This document shows, in pieces, positions 51,825 through 63,599 of a DNA stretch of 64,000 bases. Made by a program: the position numbers and the translations under genes. The stretch's first letter is position 1; every line of letters begins with the position of its first letter. A model generated the notes under the pieces. It did no database searches. It saw only the letters and a program-made list of their open reading frames with translations, and had not been told where the DNA came from. Origin of the DNA: Mobula hypostoma (taxonomy: Eukaryota); assembly GCF_963921235.1 (NCBI RefSeq), contig NC_086108.1, positions 88,786,001-88,850,000 of the forward strand. The letters are read 5' to 3'.

Positions 51825-52400
51825 GTGAAACCAGAAGCAGCAGACTCAAGAGACTGCAGATACTTGAATCTGAAACAACATTCTATCTGCCGCAGGAACA
51901 CGGCAGGCTGAGAGCAGGCTCAGAGGGCCGAGGGGTGGTTGGTGAGGAAAGAAACCACAAACGTTTCAAGTTGAAACCCTGCTAACACTGCCTGAAACTT
52001 CCCCTGCCTTGCTGTAGATGTAACACTTGTCCTTACACCTGCTCTTTCACCACCACCCAGTCCTCAGCAGGTCAGGCAGCATCTGAAGGGGAATAAATAG
52101 TTGATATTTTGGAAAGATAACAGCCCGCATCACAACTGTTTATTTCCCCTCCATAGATACTGCCTGACCTGCTGCGTTCCTCCAGCATTTTGTGTGTGTA
52201 GCTCTGGATTTCCAGCATCTGCAGAATATTTTGTGTTTAGATTAAACAGTCCTTCCAGGTGAGGCAAAAGTTCACATGGATTTCCTTCAATCTCGCCGAT
52301 TGCATTTGGTGCCCCCAACGTAGCCTCCTCTATATTGGTGAGATCAAACACAGACTCAGTCACTGTTTTGCTGACCACCTACGCTCAGTTTGCAAAGGAG
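51825..52400. mobile_element. Cluster of Penelope-like fragments
   Basis: Short modules in both orientations, plus a GIY-YIG remnant on the plus strand (CIWCPQRSLLYIGEIKHRLSHCFADHLRSV). Confidence 0.7.
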
Positions 52401-52409
52401 AGAATAAAA

Positions 52410-52810
52410 ACAGTAGGATAGAAGCTGTCATTGTGCCTGGTGGTGTGTGCTTTCAGGCTTTTGCGTCTTCTTCCCTATGGGAGAGGGGAGAAAAGAGAAT
52501 GCCCAGGGTGGTGGGGTCTTTGCTTATGCTGACTGCTTTACTGAGGGATCAAGAAGTATAGATAGAGCCCATAGAGGGGAGGCTGGTTTTCATGAAGTGT
52601 CGAGCTGTGTCCACAACATTCTGTGGTTTCTTGCGGTCACATGTAGAGCAGTTGCCATACCAAGCCATTATGCATCCAGACAGAATGCTTTCTGTGGTGC
52701 ATCAATAAAAGTTGTTGAGAGTTGACAGAGACTTGCTGAATTTCTTCAGCTTCCTGAGGAAGTTGAGGAGATGGTGCACTTTCATGGCCGTGACATCAAG
52801 GCAGTTGCAC
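52410..52810 (-). mobile_element. Rex1-like LINE fragment
   Basis: Reverse complement resembles 29185-29480 (GHSLFSPLP.GRRRKSLKAHT). Confidence 0.6.
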
Positions 52811-54295
52811 CAGGACAGGGTTTTGGTCTGAAATGTCAGCAACTTCCTTCCTTGTTCCAATGTTGCTCAACCCTTGGTGTTCCTCCAGCAGATTGTGGTC
52901 TGCTCCAAAAGTAGGGGTTGGCAACTGTCCCCTCACACCTACCGTGTCATTAAATATGATCCTGTCCAATGTGCCTCAGACCTCAGCTCTTACAGTGTGC
53001 CAATTCCACATAGTTCAGAATTCCTCAGCCTTCCAAAAATGTAGGATATCTACCTCCTCTCTAAATACCCCCAGTGACCTAACATACGTAGCACACTGGG
53101 GTAGAGAATTCCAGAGGTTCACTGGCGTCTGTGTGAAATAATTCCTACAAATTTCAGTTTTAAATGACTCCTCTTTTGCTCTTTTATCTTACAAGTACAT
53201 CTTCTCATTCAAGTCACTCCCACTAGTGGAAATGTTTCAGTACCAACCTAGTCATGCTTCTGATATTCATGTCCCCTTATTCAGAATCAGATTTAATATC
53301 ACCAGTAAACGTTGTGATATTTGTCATGTTTGTAACAGCAGTACATAATAATGGAGAAAAAAACACTGCACTTTACAGTAAGTGTATACATACATATATG
53401 TATTATGATTACATAATATTTCTCTATTTCTAAACTTCTGTTCCACTTGCAACAACAGCCAGTAAAGGCTCTTTGTAGCCAATACAACCTTTCTGAAATT
53501 TAGTTTCAGTTGTAAAGAATTGGATGACTACTTAAAGAATAAAATGTTTAAGATAAAACCTTCACACATAAATATATTTTATCATTCTAATAGTTAGAAA
53601 ACACCTGAATGACATTGAAAACATCATCAAGCATTTTTACCTCATAAGGGAAACACTGTATATTAGTAAAGAGATCTTAGCATAGTGTTTGGTAAAGTGA
53701 GTTAATTACCTTGACCATGAGAGCACCACACCACAGGAATACAGACTTCTTCATTTCATAAAACTAATTTTATGCCTTTAACAGTTATGCATTTAATAAG
53801 GGTACTTATCTGTAAAATGACAGCAAAGGAAATTTGTGCATGGAAATTTAATTTTCTTCACACAGTTTTATCCATTCATTAGTCACTCATTTAATTGGAT
53901 ATGACTGGACTAAATTTGCCTGAAATCTGCAGTAATGAATTTCCATATCAGTAAAGACCTAACTGCAAATAAAACTAAAATTTTAAATACCGTGCATAAT
54001 TGGTCCATACGTGGCTAATTGTTCTCTTTAGAGAGTTTGAATCTAGAACCGGATCTCTAAAAGATATAAAAGGCTGTTTTGGAGAATACGTAAATAAAAC
54101 AATTAAAAGGACTGTACCAGGTTGCAGGACGCTACATTAAGAGGAGATGGCTCTGTTTCCTGTGGAGAAGCAACGACTCCAAGGGGGTATAATTGATGTA
54201 TGGTAGGATAAAGTACTTCCTTTGTGCTAGTTTATCCTTTATTAATCCTACTTACACTCCCATGTACGGAAATATCAACACTTATGATCTGGGCC

Positions 54296-54525
54296 ACACA
54301 CAGAAAATGCTGGAGGAACTCAGTAGACCAGGCAGCATCTATGGAAAAGAGTAAACAGTCAACATTTTGGGCCGAGACTCTTCTTCAGGACTGATGAAGG
54401 GTCTCGGTCCAAAATGTCGATTGCTTACTCTTTTCCATAGATGCTGCCTGGCCTGCTGAGTTTCCCTGGCGTTTTCCATGTGTTGCTTTGGATTTCCGGT
54501 GTCTGCAGATTTTCTTGTGTTTGTG
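54296..54525. mobile_element. Penelope-derived palindrome with two back-to-back degenerate hammerheads
   Basis: Centre TTCAG-GA-CTGATG at about 54385-54396. Arms of about 90 bp are imperfect reverse complements. Confidence 0.8.
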
Positions 54526-55363
54526 GAACATTTATGACCTATTCTTATTTAGAGTAAAAAAAAAATCACTATTTTGGAAATAGGTTAGATTAGAGGGACA
54601 GTTTTATAAGACTACATTTCTAGTGGGTATCCTCTGCTGCCTTTCTGTCCAAGTACCCGTCCAAAAGTCTTCTAAATGCCACTGCTACCAGTTTGTTCCA
54701 AATATTCACCACACTCTGAGGAAAATGCCCCTCAGGTCTTCTTTAAATTTCTCCCCTCTCACCTTAAATTTATGCCGTCCAGTTCTAGATTCCCCCACCT
54801 TGGGGAAAAGTTTCTATCTCCTATCTATACTGCTCATTGTTGTAAACCTGTATAAAGTCATTCAACAGTCTCCTATCTTCCTGAGACAATAAACCCAGTT
54901 TATTCAAACAATTCTTATAACTACAGCTCTTCATTGCAGGCACATAGTGCTGAACCCCTTCTGCATTCTCTCTGTTGCTACCATATCCTTCCTGTGGTAT
55001 TGTAAAAGAACTGAATGGAACATGTACGGTCTAACCAATGTTTTCTTACAGTTGTAACATTACATCCCTACTTTTATTCTCAATGCCTCTGAAGGTAAGC
55101 ATTCCCAATGTCTTTTTCACTATCCTATCCACTTCTTCTCTATATATCCTTGGAGAATTTGACTCCCCAAACTACATTACCTCACAATTGTACCATTGAA
55201 CCATTGAATTGTCTGGATTATATTCCATCTGCCATTACAGATGATCTATGTAACACTGTATCTTTAAAGAACCATTTTCCTTATCTCTGAGTTCAGTAAC
55301 TTCTGTGTCATCTGCAAGTTTACTAATCAGTCTGCTACATTCTCATCCAAATCATTTAATTAA

Positions 55364-55910
55364 TACTCAGTGGCCACTTTATCAGGTGACTCTTGTACCT
55401 AAAAAAGTGGCCACTGAGTGTATGTCCATGGTCTTCTGCTGCTGTAGCCCAACCACTTCAAAGTTCAACGTGTTGTACATTCAGAGATGCTCTTCTGTTC
55501 TCTACTGTTGAGTTACTGTCACCTTCATGTCAGCTTGAACCAGCCTGATCATTTTCCTCTGACCTCTCTCATTAACAAGGCATTTTTGTCCACAGAACTG
55601 CCACTCCCTGGATGTTTGTTTGTTTCTCACACCATTCTCTGTAACCTCCAGAGACTGTTGTGCACGGAAATCCCAGGAGATCAACAGTTCCTGAGATACC
55701 CCAATCTCCTCCCCCCACCCCCCATTCTAGCACTAACAACCATTCCACAATCAAAGTCACTTAGATCATATTTCTTCCCCATTCTGATTTTTGGTCTGAA
55801 CCATGTCTAGATGCCGTTATGCATTGAATTGCTGCCACATGATTGGCCGATTAGATATTTGCATTAACAAGCAAGTATACAGGTATACCTAATAAAGTGG
55901 TCACTGAGTG
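55364..55910 (-). mobile_element. Non-autonomous Tc1/mariner DNA transposon
   Basis: TIRs ACTCAGTGGCCACTTTAT / ATAAAGTGGTCACTGAGTG followed by TA. Frameshifted HTH transposase remnant (DLLGFPCTTVSGGYREWCEKQ; LVNERGQRKMIRLVQAD). Confidence 0.85.
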
Positions 55911-56421
55911 TAAATTTCAAGCAACAAAATTCCCAGCACCAATACTTCTGCTATGTCACTTGTTACAGCTTTCCAGGCAGCAAAGCACCCATTCACCACT
56001 AACCTCTGCTTGGTAACAAGCGGCCAATTTTGAAACCAGTTTGCCCACTCACATTGGATTATCTGTGCCTTAATCGTCTGTACTAATATATCAAGAGTAA
56101 TTTTGTTAAAAGCCTCACTACAGTCCATATAAACAGCATCTACTATCCTGCCTTCATAAATCACTTTGGTTACCTCCTTAAAGAGTCTATCAGATTTGCG
56201 AGACGCTGCCTCCCCTACACAAAACTGTGCTGAATCCTTTTAATCAGTCCCTGCTCTTTCAAGTGACATAAATCCTGTCCCTCAAACATCATCCCAACAA
56301 CTTTCTGTCTGTCTGTCTGTATCTAGTTTTACGGCGGTTGGCATCCAGCTTAATGGTGCATTACCGCCACCCTCTGCTCCAGAATGTGCACTAGACATAC
56401 ATTCTAAATCCCTTCACCCAA

Positions 56422-56438
56422 TCGCTCGCTCGCACGCA

Positions 56439-56494
<56 letters not shown>
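56422..56494. repeat. Compound microsatellite (CGCA)n(CA)n(TA)n
   Basis: Visible runs. Confidence 0.9.
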
Positions 56495-57326
56495 CAAACC
56501 TACACTTCACCCTCCCATCTTTGACCATCCTAGTATCCTATTCCTGTTTATTCAACAACTTTCTGACTACCGATGAAAAGCTCCTTGGCCAATAGTTTCC
56601 AGGCTTATATTGATGGCCCTTTATGTACAAAGGACAATGTAGGCTATCCACCAGTCTTCCAGAATCTCACCTATGGTTAACAAATATGCAAAAATTTCCA
56701 ACACAAAGAAAAATGGGCGGCTTTGGGGAGTGGAAGGGAAGGATTAGATTGATCTTAGATTAGGTTAGAAGGTCAGAAGAACATTGTGGGCTGAAGAACC
56801 TGTACTGTGTTCTTTCTTCCCTGAGCATCCTGGGCATTTATCCATAATGCCATAAGATATGGATACGATAGGGTCTTTCAAGTGACTCCTAGTCAGCTAC
56901 ATGGAGCTCAGAAAAATAGAGGGCTATGGGTAACACTAGGTAATTTCTAAGGTGAGGACATGTTCGGCCTGGTAGGCAAGCCACACGGTAGGCTTATTCA
57001 GAAAGTCAGAAGGCATGGGATCCAGGGAAGTTTGGCCAGGTGGATTCAGAATTGGCTTGCCTGCAGAAGGCAGAGGGTGGTGGTGGAGGGAGTACATTCA
57101 GATTGGAGGATTGTGACTAGTGGTGTCCCACAAGGATCTGTTCTGGGACCTCTACTTTTTGTGATTTTTATTAACGACCTGGATGTGGGGGTTGAAGGGT
57201 GGGTTGGCAAGTTTGCAGACGACACAAAGGTTGGTGATGTTGCAGATAGTGTAGAGGAATGTCAAAGATTGCAGAGAGACATTGATAGGATGCAGAAGTG
57301 GGCTGAGAAGTGGCCGGAGAAGTGTG

Positions 57327-57362
57327 AGTCCTGACGAAGGGTCTCGGCCTGAAACGTCGACT
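57327..57362 (+). ncRNA. Minimal type I hammerhead ribozyme motif (best copy)
   Basis: Stem I AGTC/GACT, core CTGACGA, stem II AGG/CCT, GAAA, palindromic ACGT stem III, GTC triplet. Predicted cut after 57358. Confidence 0.7.
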
Positions 57363-57470
57363 GCACCTCTTCCTAGAGATGCTGCCTGGCCTACTGCGTT
57401 CACCAGCAACTTTGATGTGTGTTGCTTGAATTTCCAGCATCTGCAGAATTCCTGTTGTTTGCGTTTTTAA
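57329..57470 (+). mobile_element. 142-bp Penelope-derived insertion with 9-bp TSD
   Basis: AAGTGTGAG at 57320-57328 and 57471-57479. Confidence 0.88.
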
Positions 57471-58247
57471 AAGTGTGAGGTGGTACACTTTGGAAGGACA
57501 AACTCCAAGGCAGAGTACAAAGTAAATGGCAGGATACTTGGTAGTGTGGAGGAGCAGAGGGATCTCGGGGTACATGTCCACAGATTCCTGAAAGTTGCCT
57601 CACAGGTGGATAGGGTAGTTAAGAAAGCTTATGGGGTGTTAGCTTTCATAAGTCGAGGGATAGAGTTTAAGAGTCACGATGTAATGATGCAGCTCTATAA
57701 AACTCTGGTTAGGCCACACTTGGAGTATTGTGTCCAGTTCTGGTCACCTCACTATAGGAAGGATGTGGAAGCATTGGAAAGGGTACAGAGGAGATTTACC
57801 AGGATGCTGCCTGGTTTAGAAAGTGTGCAATATGATCAGAGATTAAGGGAGCTAGGGCATTACTCTTTGGAGAGAAGGAGGATGAGAGGAGACATGATAG
57901 AGGTGTACAAGATAATAAGAGGAATAGATAGAGTGGATAGCCAGCACTTCTTCCCCAGGGCACCACTGCTCAGTACAAGAGGGCATGGCTTTAAGGTAAG
58001 GGGTGGGAAGTTCAAGGGGGACGTTAGAGGAAGGTTTTTTACTCAGAGAGTGGTTGGTGCGTGGAATGCACTGCCTGAGGCAGTGGTGGAGGCAGATACA
58101 CTAGTGAAGTTTAAGAGACTACTGGACAGGTATATGGAGGAATCTAAGGTGGGGGCTTATATGGGAGGCAGGGTTTGAGGGTCGGCACAACATTGTGGGC
58201 CGAAGGGCCTGTATTGTGCTGTAGGTTTTCTATGTTTTTATGTCTAT

Positions 58248-60485
58248 ATAGGAGCAGAATTAGGCCATTTGGCCCATCAAATCTGCTCCACCATTTCATC
58301 ATGTCTGGTCCATTTCATTCTGAGCCCCAATTTCCTGCCTTCTCCCCATATCCCTTCATGTCCTGACTAATCAAAAATCTATCAACCTCCACCTTAAATA
58401 TATATAAAGACTTGGCCTCCACAGCCACCTGTGGCAACAAATTCCACAGATTCATCACTCTCTTAGTAAAGAAATTTCTCCTCTGTGTTGGGACCGCTGC
58501 TTTTTACGATGTATGTCAATGATTTGGACTATGGTATTAATGGATTTATGGCTAAATTTGCCGATGATACAAAGATAAGTGGAGGAGCGGGTAGTTTTGA
58601 GGAAACAGGGAGCCTACAGAGAGACTTAGGTAGTTTAGGGGAACAGGCAAAGAAGTGGCAAATGAAATACAATGTTGGAAAGCAAAGATCATGTACTTTG
58701 GTGGAAGAAATAAACGGGCAGGCTATTATTTAGGTGGGGAGAGAATTCAAAATGCAGAGATGCAAAGGGACTTAGGAGTCTTTGTGCAAGATACACTAAA
58801 GGTTAACCTCCAGGTTGAGTCAGTTGTGAAGGAGGCGAATGCAATGTTGGCATTCATTTCTAGAGGTATAGAATACAACAGCAGCGATGTGATCTTGAGC
58901 CTCTATAAGGCACTCGTGAGACTGCACTTGGAGTATTGTGTGCAGTTTTGGGCTCCTTATTTTAGAAAGGATATACTGACATTGGAGAGGGTTCATAGAA
59001 GATTCATGAGAATGATTCCAGGAATGAAAGGATTACTGTATGATGAACGTTTGGCAGCTCTTGGACTGTATTCCCTGGAGTTCAGGAGAATGCGGGGGGG
59101 GGGGGGAGGAGGAAATCTCATAGAAACATTCCGAATGTTAAAAGGCCTGAACAGTTTAGATATAGCAAAGTTATTTCCCATGGGTGGGGGAGACTAGGAC
59201 AAGAGGGCACGACTTCAGGATTAAAGGACGTCCTTTTAGAACTGAGGTGTGGAGAGTCAGAGGGTGGTAGATCTGTGGAATTTGTTACCACAAGCGGCTG
59301 TGGAGGCCAAGTCATTGGGTGCATTTAAGGCAGAGATAGATAGGTTCTTGTTTAGCCAGGGCATCAAAGGGTATGGGGTGAAAGCAGGGGAGTGGGGATG
59401 ACTGGAAGAATTGGAACAGCCCATTATTGAATGGTGGAGCAGACTTGATGGGCTGAATGGCCTACTTCTGCTTCTATATCTCTTTGGTCTTATGGTCTCA
59501 TATCCATTCTAAATGGACTTACTTCCAGTCTGAATTCCAGTGAGTACACGCCCAGAGCCATCAAATGCTCCTCCTATGAATAAGCCTTTCAATCCAGGAA
59601 TAAGTTTCGTGAACCTCCTTTGAACCATCTCCAGTTTCAGCACATCCTTTCTAAGATAAGGAGCCCAAAACTACTCATAATACCAAATGAGGCCTCACCG
59701 GTGCTTTATTGTCTCTATATTATATTTTGTTTTTATATTCTAATCCTTTTGAAATGAATGTTAGCATCGCATTTGCCTTCCTCACCAGAGACTCAACCTG
59801 CAAATTAACCTTTTGGGAATCCTGGACAAGGACTCTCAAATCCCTTTGAACACTTTATTTTATTTTCTCTCCATTCATTTCTTCTACCAAAGTGCATGAC
59901 CATTCACCTCTCAACACTGTATTCCATCTACCACTTATTTGCCCATTCTCCTAATCTGCCTCAGTCCTTCTGTAGCCTTTATACTTCCTCAAAACTACCT
60001 AATTCTGCACCTATCTTCAGATCATCTGCAAACTTTGCAACAAAGCACTCAATTCCATCCAAATCATTGATATATCCCATCCCAGACCCCTCTGAAACAC
60101 CATTAGTCACTAGCAGCCAATCAGAAATGGCTCTCTTTACTCCTACTGTTCTTCTTTCCCATCAGCCACTACTTTATCCATGCAAGAATCTTTCTTGTAA
60201 TACCATGGGGTTGTAGCATGTTAAACAGTCTCATGTATGGCCCTTTGAAAATCCAAGTACACAACTTCAACCAATTCTCCTTTGTCTATTCTGCTTGTTA
60301 TTTCTTCAAAAAATTCCAACAGATTTGTCAGGCAAGGCTTTCCCTTGAGGAAAGCATGCTGACTGTGGCCTATTTTGTCATGTGCCTCCAAGTACCCTGG
60401 ACTTCATCCTTAATAATCGACTCCATCATCTTCCCAACCACTGACATCAGACTAACTGGCCTATAATTTCATTTCTTCTGCCTCA
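58248..60485 (-). mobile_element. Degenerate CR1 (minus) with a plus-strand CR1 nested at about 58484-59498
   Basis: Outer copy resembles 8458-9073 and 11521-12240. Inner ORFs 58485-58733 (YVNDLD, FADD) and 58655-59197. Confidence 0.82.
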
Positions 60486-60664
60486 CAGTCACAACCTGCC
60501 AATCTGAGATTGATCCATTTATTTCCACTCTTTGCTTTCTGTCCAATACCAATTCTCGAACATTATCCCCAGTTCCACATGGTCCAACTTGGTCGACCAA
60601 ACTCCTGTGGGACCTCACCAGAAGCTTTTTGAAAATCCAAAATGTGAACCTATTTCAGTTTGTG

Positions 60665-60968
60665 GTGTACTGGAGTTCGGGCTTCTGTTATGGTGGCATC
60701 TGTAAGGAGTTTGTACATTCTCCCCATGAACCGCATGGGTTTCCTCTTGGGACTCCTGTTATCTCCCACAGTCCAAAGATGTATCTTTTAGTTGGCTAAT
60801 TGGTCATTGTAAATTGTCCAGTGATTAGGCTAGTGCTAAATAGGTGGGTTGCTGGGCGGTGTGGCTTGTCGGGCTGGAAGGGCCTGTTCCACACTGTATT
60901 TCCAAATAAACAAAAAAAAATAAAAATAAAAATAATAAAATAAAATAAAATAAAATAAGATAAATAAG
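60665..60968 (+). mobile_element. V-SINE (HE1-like) with (AAAAT)n tail
   Basis: Reverse complement of the 18235-18510 family. Confidence 0.75.
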
Positions 60969-61138
60969 ACACACTCTCTAGCCCAGGCAGCATCCTGGTA
61001 CATCTCCTTTGCACCCTCTCAAAAGCTTCCACACCCTTCTTATAATGGGCTTGGAGACTGTTCCCCAGGTTTTCTGTATTTTGGATGTGGACTTGGACTA
61101 TAGAGTTTTTTATTCAAATCTTATAATTTTTTATATAC

Positions 61139-61363
61139 GCAACACACATAAAAGTTGCTGGTGAACGCAGCAGGCCAGGCAGCATCTCTAGGAAGAGGTG
61201 CAGTCAACGTTTCAGGTCTGAATATACCTGATGATCAGGTATATTCAGACCTGAATCGTCGACTGCACCTCTTCCTAGAGATGATGCCTGGCCTGCTGCG
61301 TTCACCAGCAACTTTTATGTGTGTTGCTTGAATTTCCAGCATCTGCAGAATTCCTGTTGTTTG
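61139..61363. mobile_element. Penelope-derived near-perfect palindrome with 14-bp TSD
   Basis: 93-bp arms at 61139-61231 and 61235-61327, 3 mismatches by eye. AATTTTTTATATAC at 61125-61138 and 61364-61377. Confidence 0.9.
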
Positions 61364-61419
61364 AATTTTTTATATACTTCTGGTTTTTCGCCCAATCTTT
61401 CATGTTTTTCATGCAGAGA

Positions 61420-61725
61420 CGGGGATTTGGGGGTTGATGTACCTTTTATGCTTTTGTTCATTTTTTTGTGTGAGGAGGGAGATGGGGGGGGGTTTGATGT
61501 GCCTGTTATGTTTTCACTCATTTTTTTGTGTGGGAGGGGGGATTTGGGGACTGATGTGCCTGTTTCGTTTTGTTCATTTTTTGTGTGGGGGAGAAAATGG
61601 GGGCGGGGGTCGATGTGTCTGTTCTGTTTTGTTTGTTTTTTTTTGTGAAAGGAGGAGGATTTGGGATTGATATGCCTGTTCTGGTTTTTTTTGTGCAGGT
61701 AGGGGATATTTTTGGGGATTGATGA
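61420..61725 (+). repeat. Degenerate ~58-bp G/T-rich minisatellite, 5-6 units
   Basis: Repeated GGATTTGGGG..TGATGTGCCTGTT..TTTTTTGTG. Confidence 0.7.
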
Positions 61726-63599
61726 TCATGCTGTCTTTCTTTTCTTTCTTGGTCTCATGGCTACTCAGAGAGGAAGAATTTCAAGTTGTATACCTTGATA
61801 GTAAATGACCCTTTGGATCTTTTGAACTTTACACAATATTCCAACTGTTGTCCAACCATGGTTTTATAGACCTGCACATTACCTTGTGACTCTTTAATAA
61901 AGAAAGTCATAACAGAATACCTTGGAAAGAATAATGGAATTGAACAAGGTTGACATGGATTCAAGATGGGAAAATTACATTTGATTAATCTACTGGATTC
62001 TTTGAGGACATGCCTAGTTTAGAGAACAATTGGATGCTGCATCTTTGGATTTTCAGAACGCTTCTGATAAGATCCTACAGGAGTTTGGTCAACCAAGTTA
62101 GACGACATGGAACTGGGGATAATGTTCGAGAATTGGTGTTGGACAGATAGCAAAGAGAAAGAAAGGAAATAAATGGATCAATCTCAAGTTGGCAGGTTAT
62201 GAGTGGTGAGGTAAATTGTACTGAGGTAGCAGATCAGCTATAGTCTTAATGAATAGTAGAGCAGGCCCACTGGGACAGATAGTCTACGCCTGTTCCTATC
62301 TATTGTTTTAAATTGTTAAAACTACCTGTACAATTCTAAAACTGGTTCTTGAGGGTTTGGAAGGAAGAGGAGAAGTCAGGCAGGGAAAATATTGTGAAAT
62401 GTAATCAGGAAACTATAAATGGAAGATTCAGTTGAGTACTTTAATGGATAGGAAGGTTTCAGGGACAAGGATTTCAAAAAAAATTTATTATCCAAGTACA
62501 TTTACATCACCAAGATTCGTTTTCTTGCTGACCCGACAGAATCAATGGAAAATCACAAAAGATAGGCAAACAACAATTGTAAGGGACTACTGAGAAAACA
62601 ATGATCTACATTTGTATGTAAATGGAATGGATTATTAGATCAAATGGTCTTTTTCCTGTTCACAAAAGCATCTGCTTCTGGTCCCTTCAAAACATAATAG
62701 CTACTTGACAGCCAGAGGTGGGCTATGACACCAACTCTATTGAAGTTCTGAACTTCAATAAGGAGCACAACGATTCCAAGTTCAAACCTCCAGTAAATGC
62801 ACCAAACTTTCTGTCCCAGAATGCTACAAGGAATCAGGGATCTGTGATGAACTTGTAAAAGAGGCTGTGAACTGAGAAGCACTGAGCAGGCAATTTCATA
62901 CAAACACAAACTGGATGCTATTGGAACATAATCAGTTGTGACCTTCTCTGAAACGCTGCAGTGAAGCTGTCAACAGATAAGTGAATGTATAGGTCACAAA
63001 GATGGTCCCAGTTTTGACTCCAAGGCCCTTTGAAGTTACAAAATGTCAGAAATGCCATAAGAGTAAAGCATTAATCTGCTTTTAGAGGTGCTGATAAACT
63101 CAGACCTTTCCTCAATGTTTTTGTTGATCATCAAACAGGTGGCGTTCCTATTTCAACCATTGCATGGACTTAGAACAGACAGGAAAGAGGTGATAAGATA
63201 GCATAGGAGGATCCTGTATTAATTAAACAATTAAAGGTATGATTTTTATATTATAAAATGGGGTGGGGGAAGGCAGAACCAGGGAAAACTTTGCAATTTG
63301 CAGGGAACAATAGATAGGATTGATTCCCTGCACAAATGGTAACATATTCTTCCATGTGTTCACCAGTGTGTTATTAAAAATCAGAGTTAAGTAATGAGTA
63401 ACTTGGAAATGTGAAAGGCAGTTTGCAAGGGAATTAATTACTAGCTTTGCAGATGATGACAAATTTCTTCAACTGATCACCGGTTTCAAATGTGTTCAGA
63501 GTCAGAGTTAGAGAGAAATGTAAGTAAGCAGAGTTTACAGTTATAGTTGAGGATTAAAGCTATTTCAACTCATTAATGCATAGAAGACATATTGGTCCA

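Larger units (their letters stand above)
54640..56700 (-). mobile_element. Old CR1 LINE fragment interrupted by a Tc1-like element and simple repeats
   Basis: ORF 55901-56164 (VDAVYMDCSEAFNK..WFQNW). CR1-like sequence on both sides of 55364-55910. Confidence 0.65.
56975..58245 (+). mobile_element. Young 5'-truncated CR1 LINE, split by a hammerhead-bearing insertion
   Basis: ORFs 56960-57334 (FINDLD, FADD) and 57480-58178 are consecutive parts of ORF2. Confidence 0.9.
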
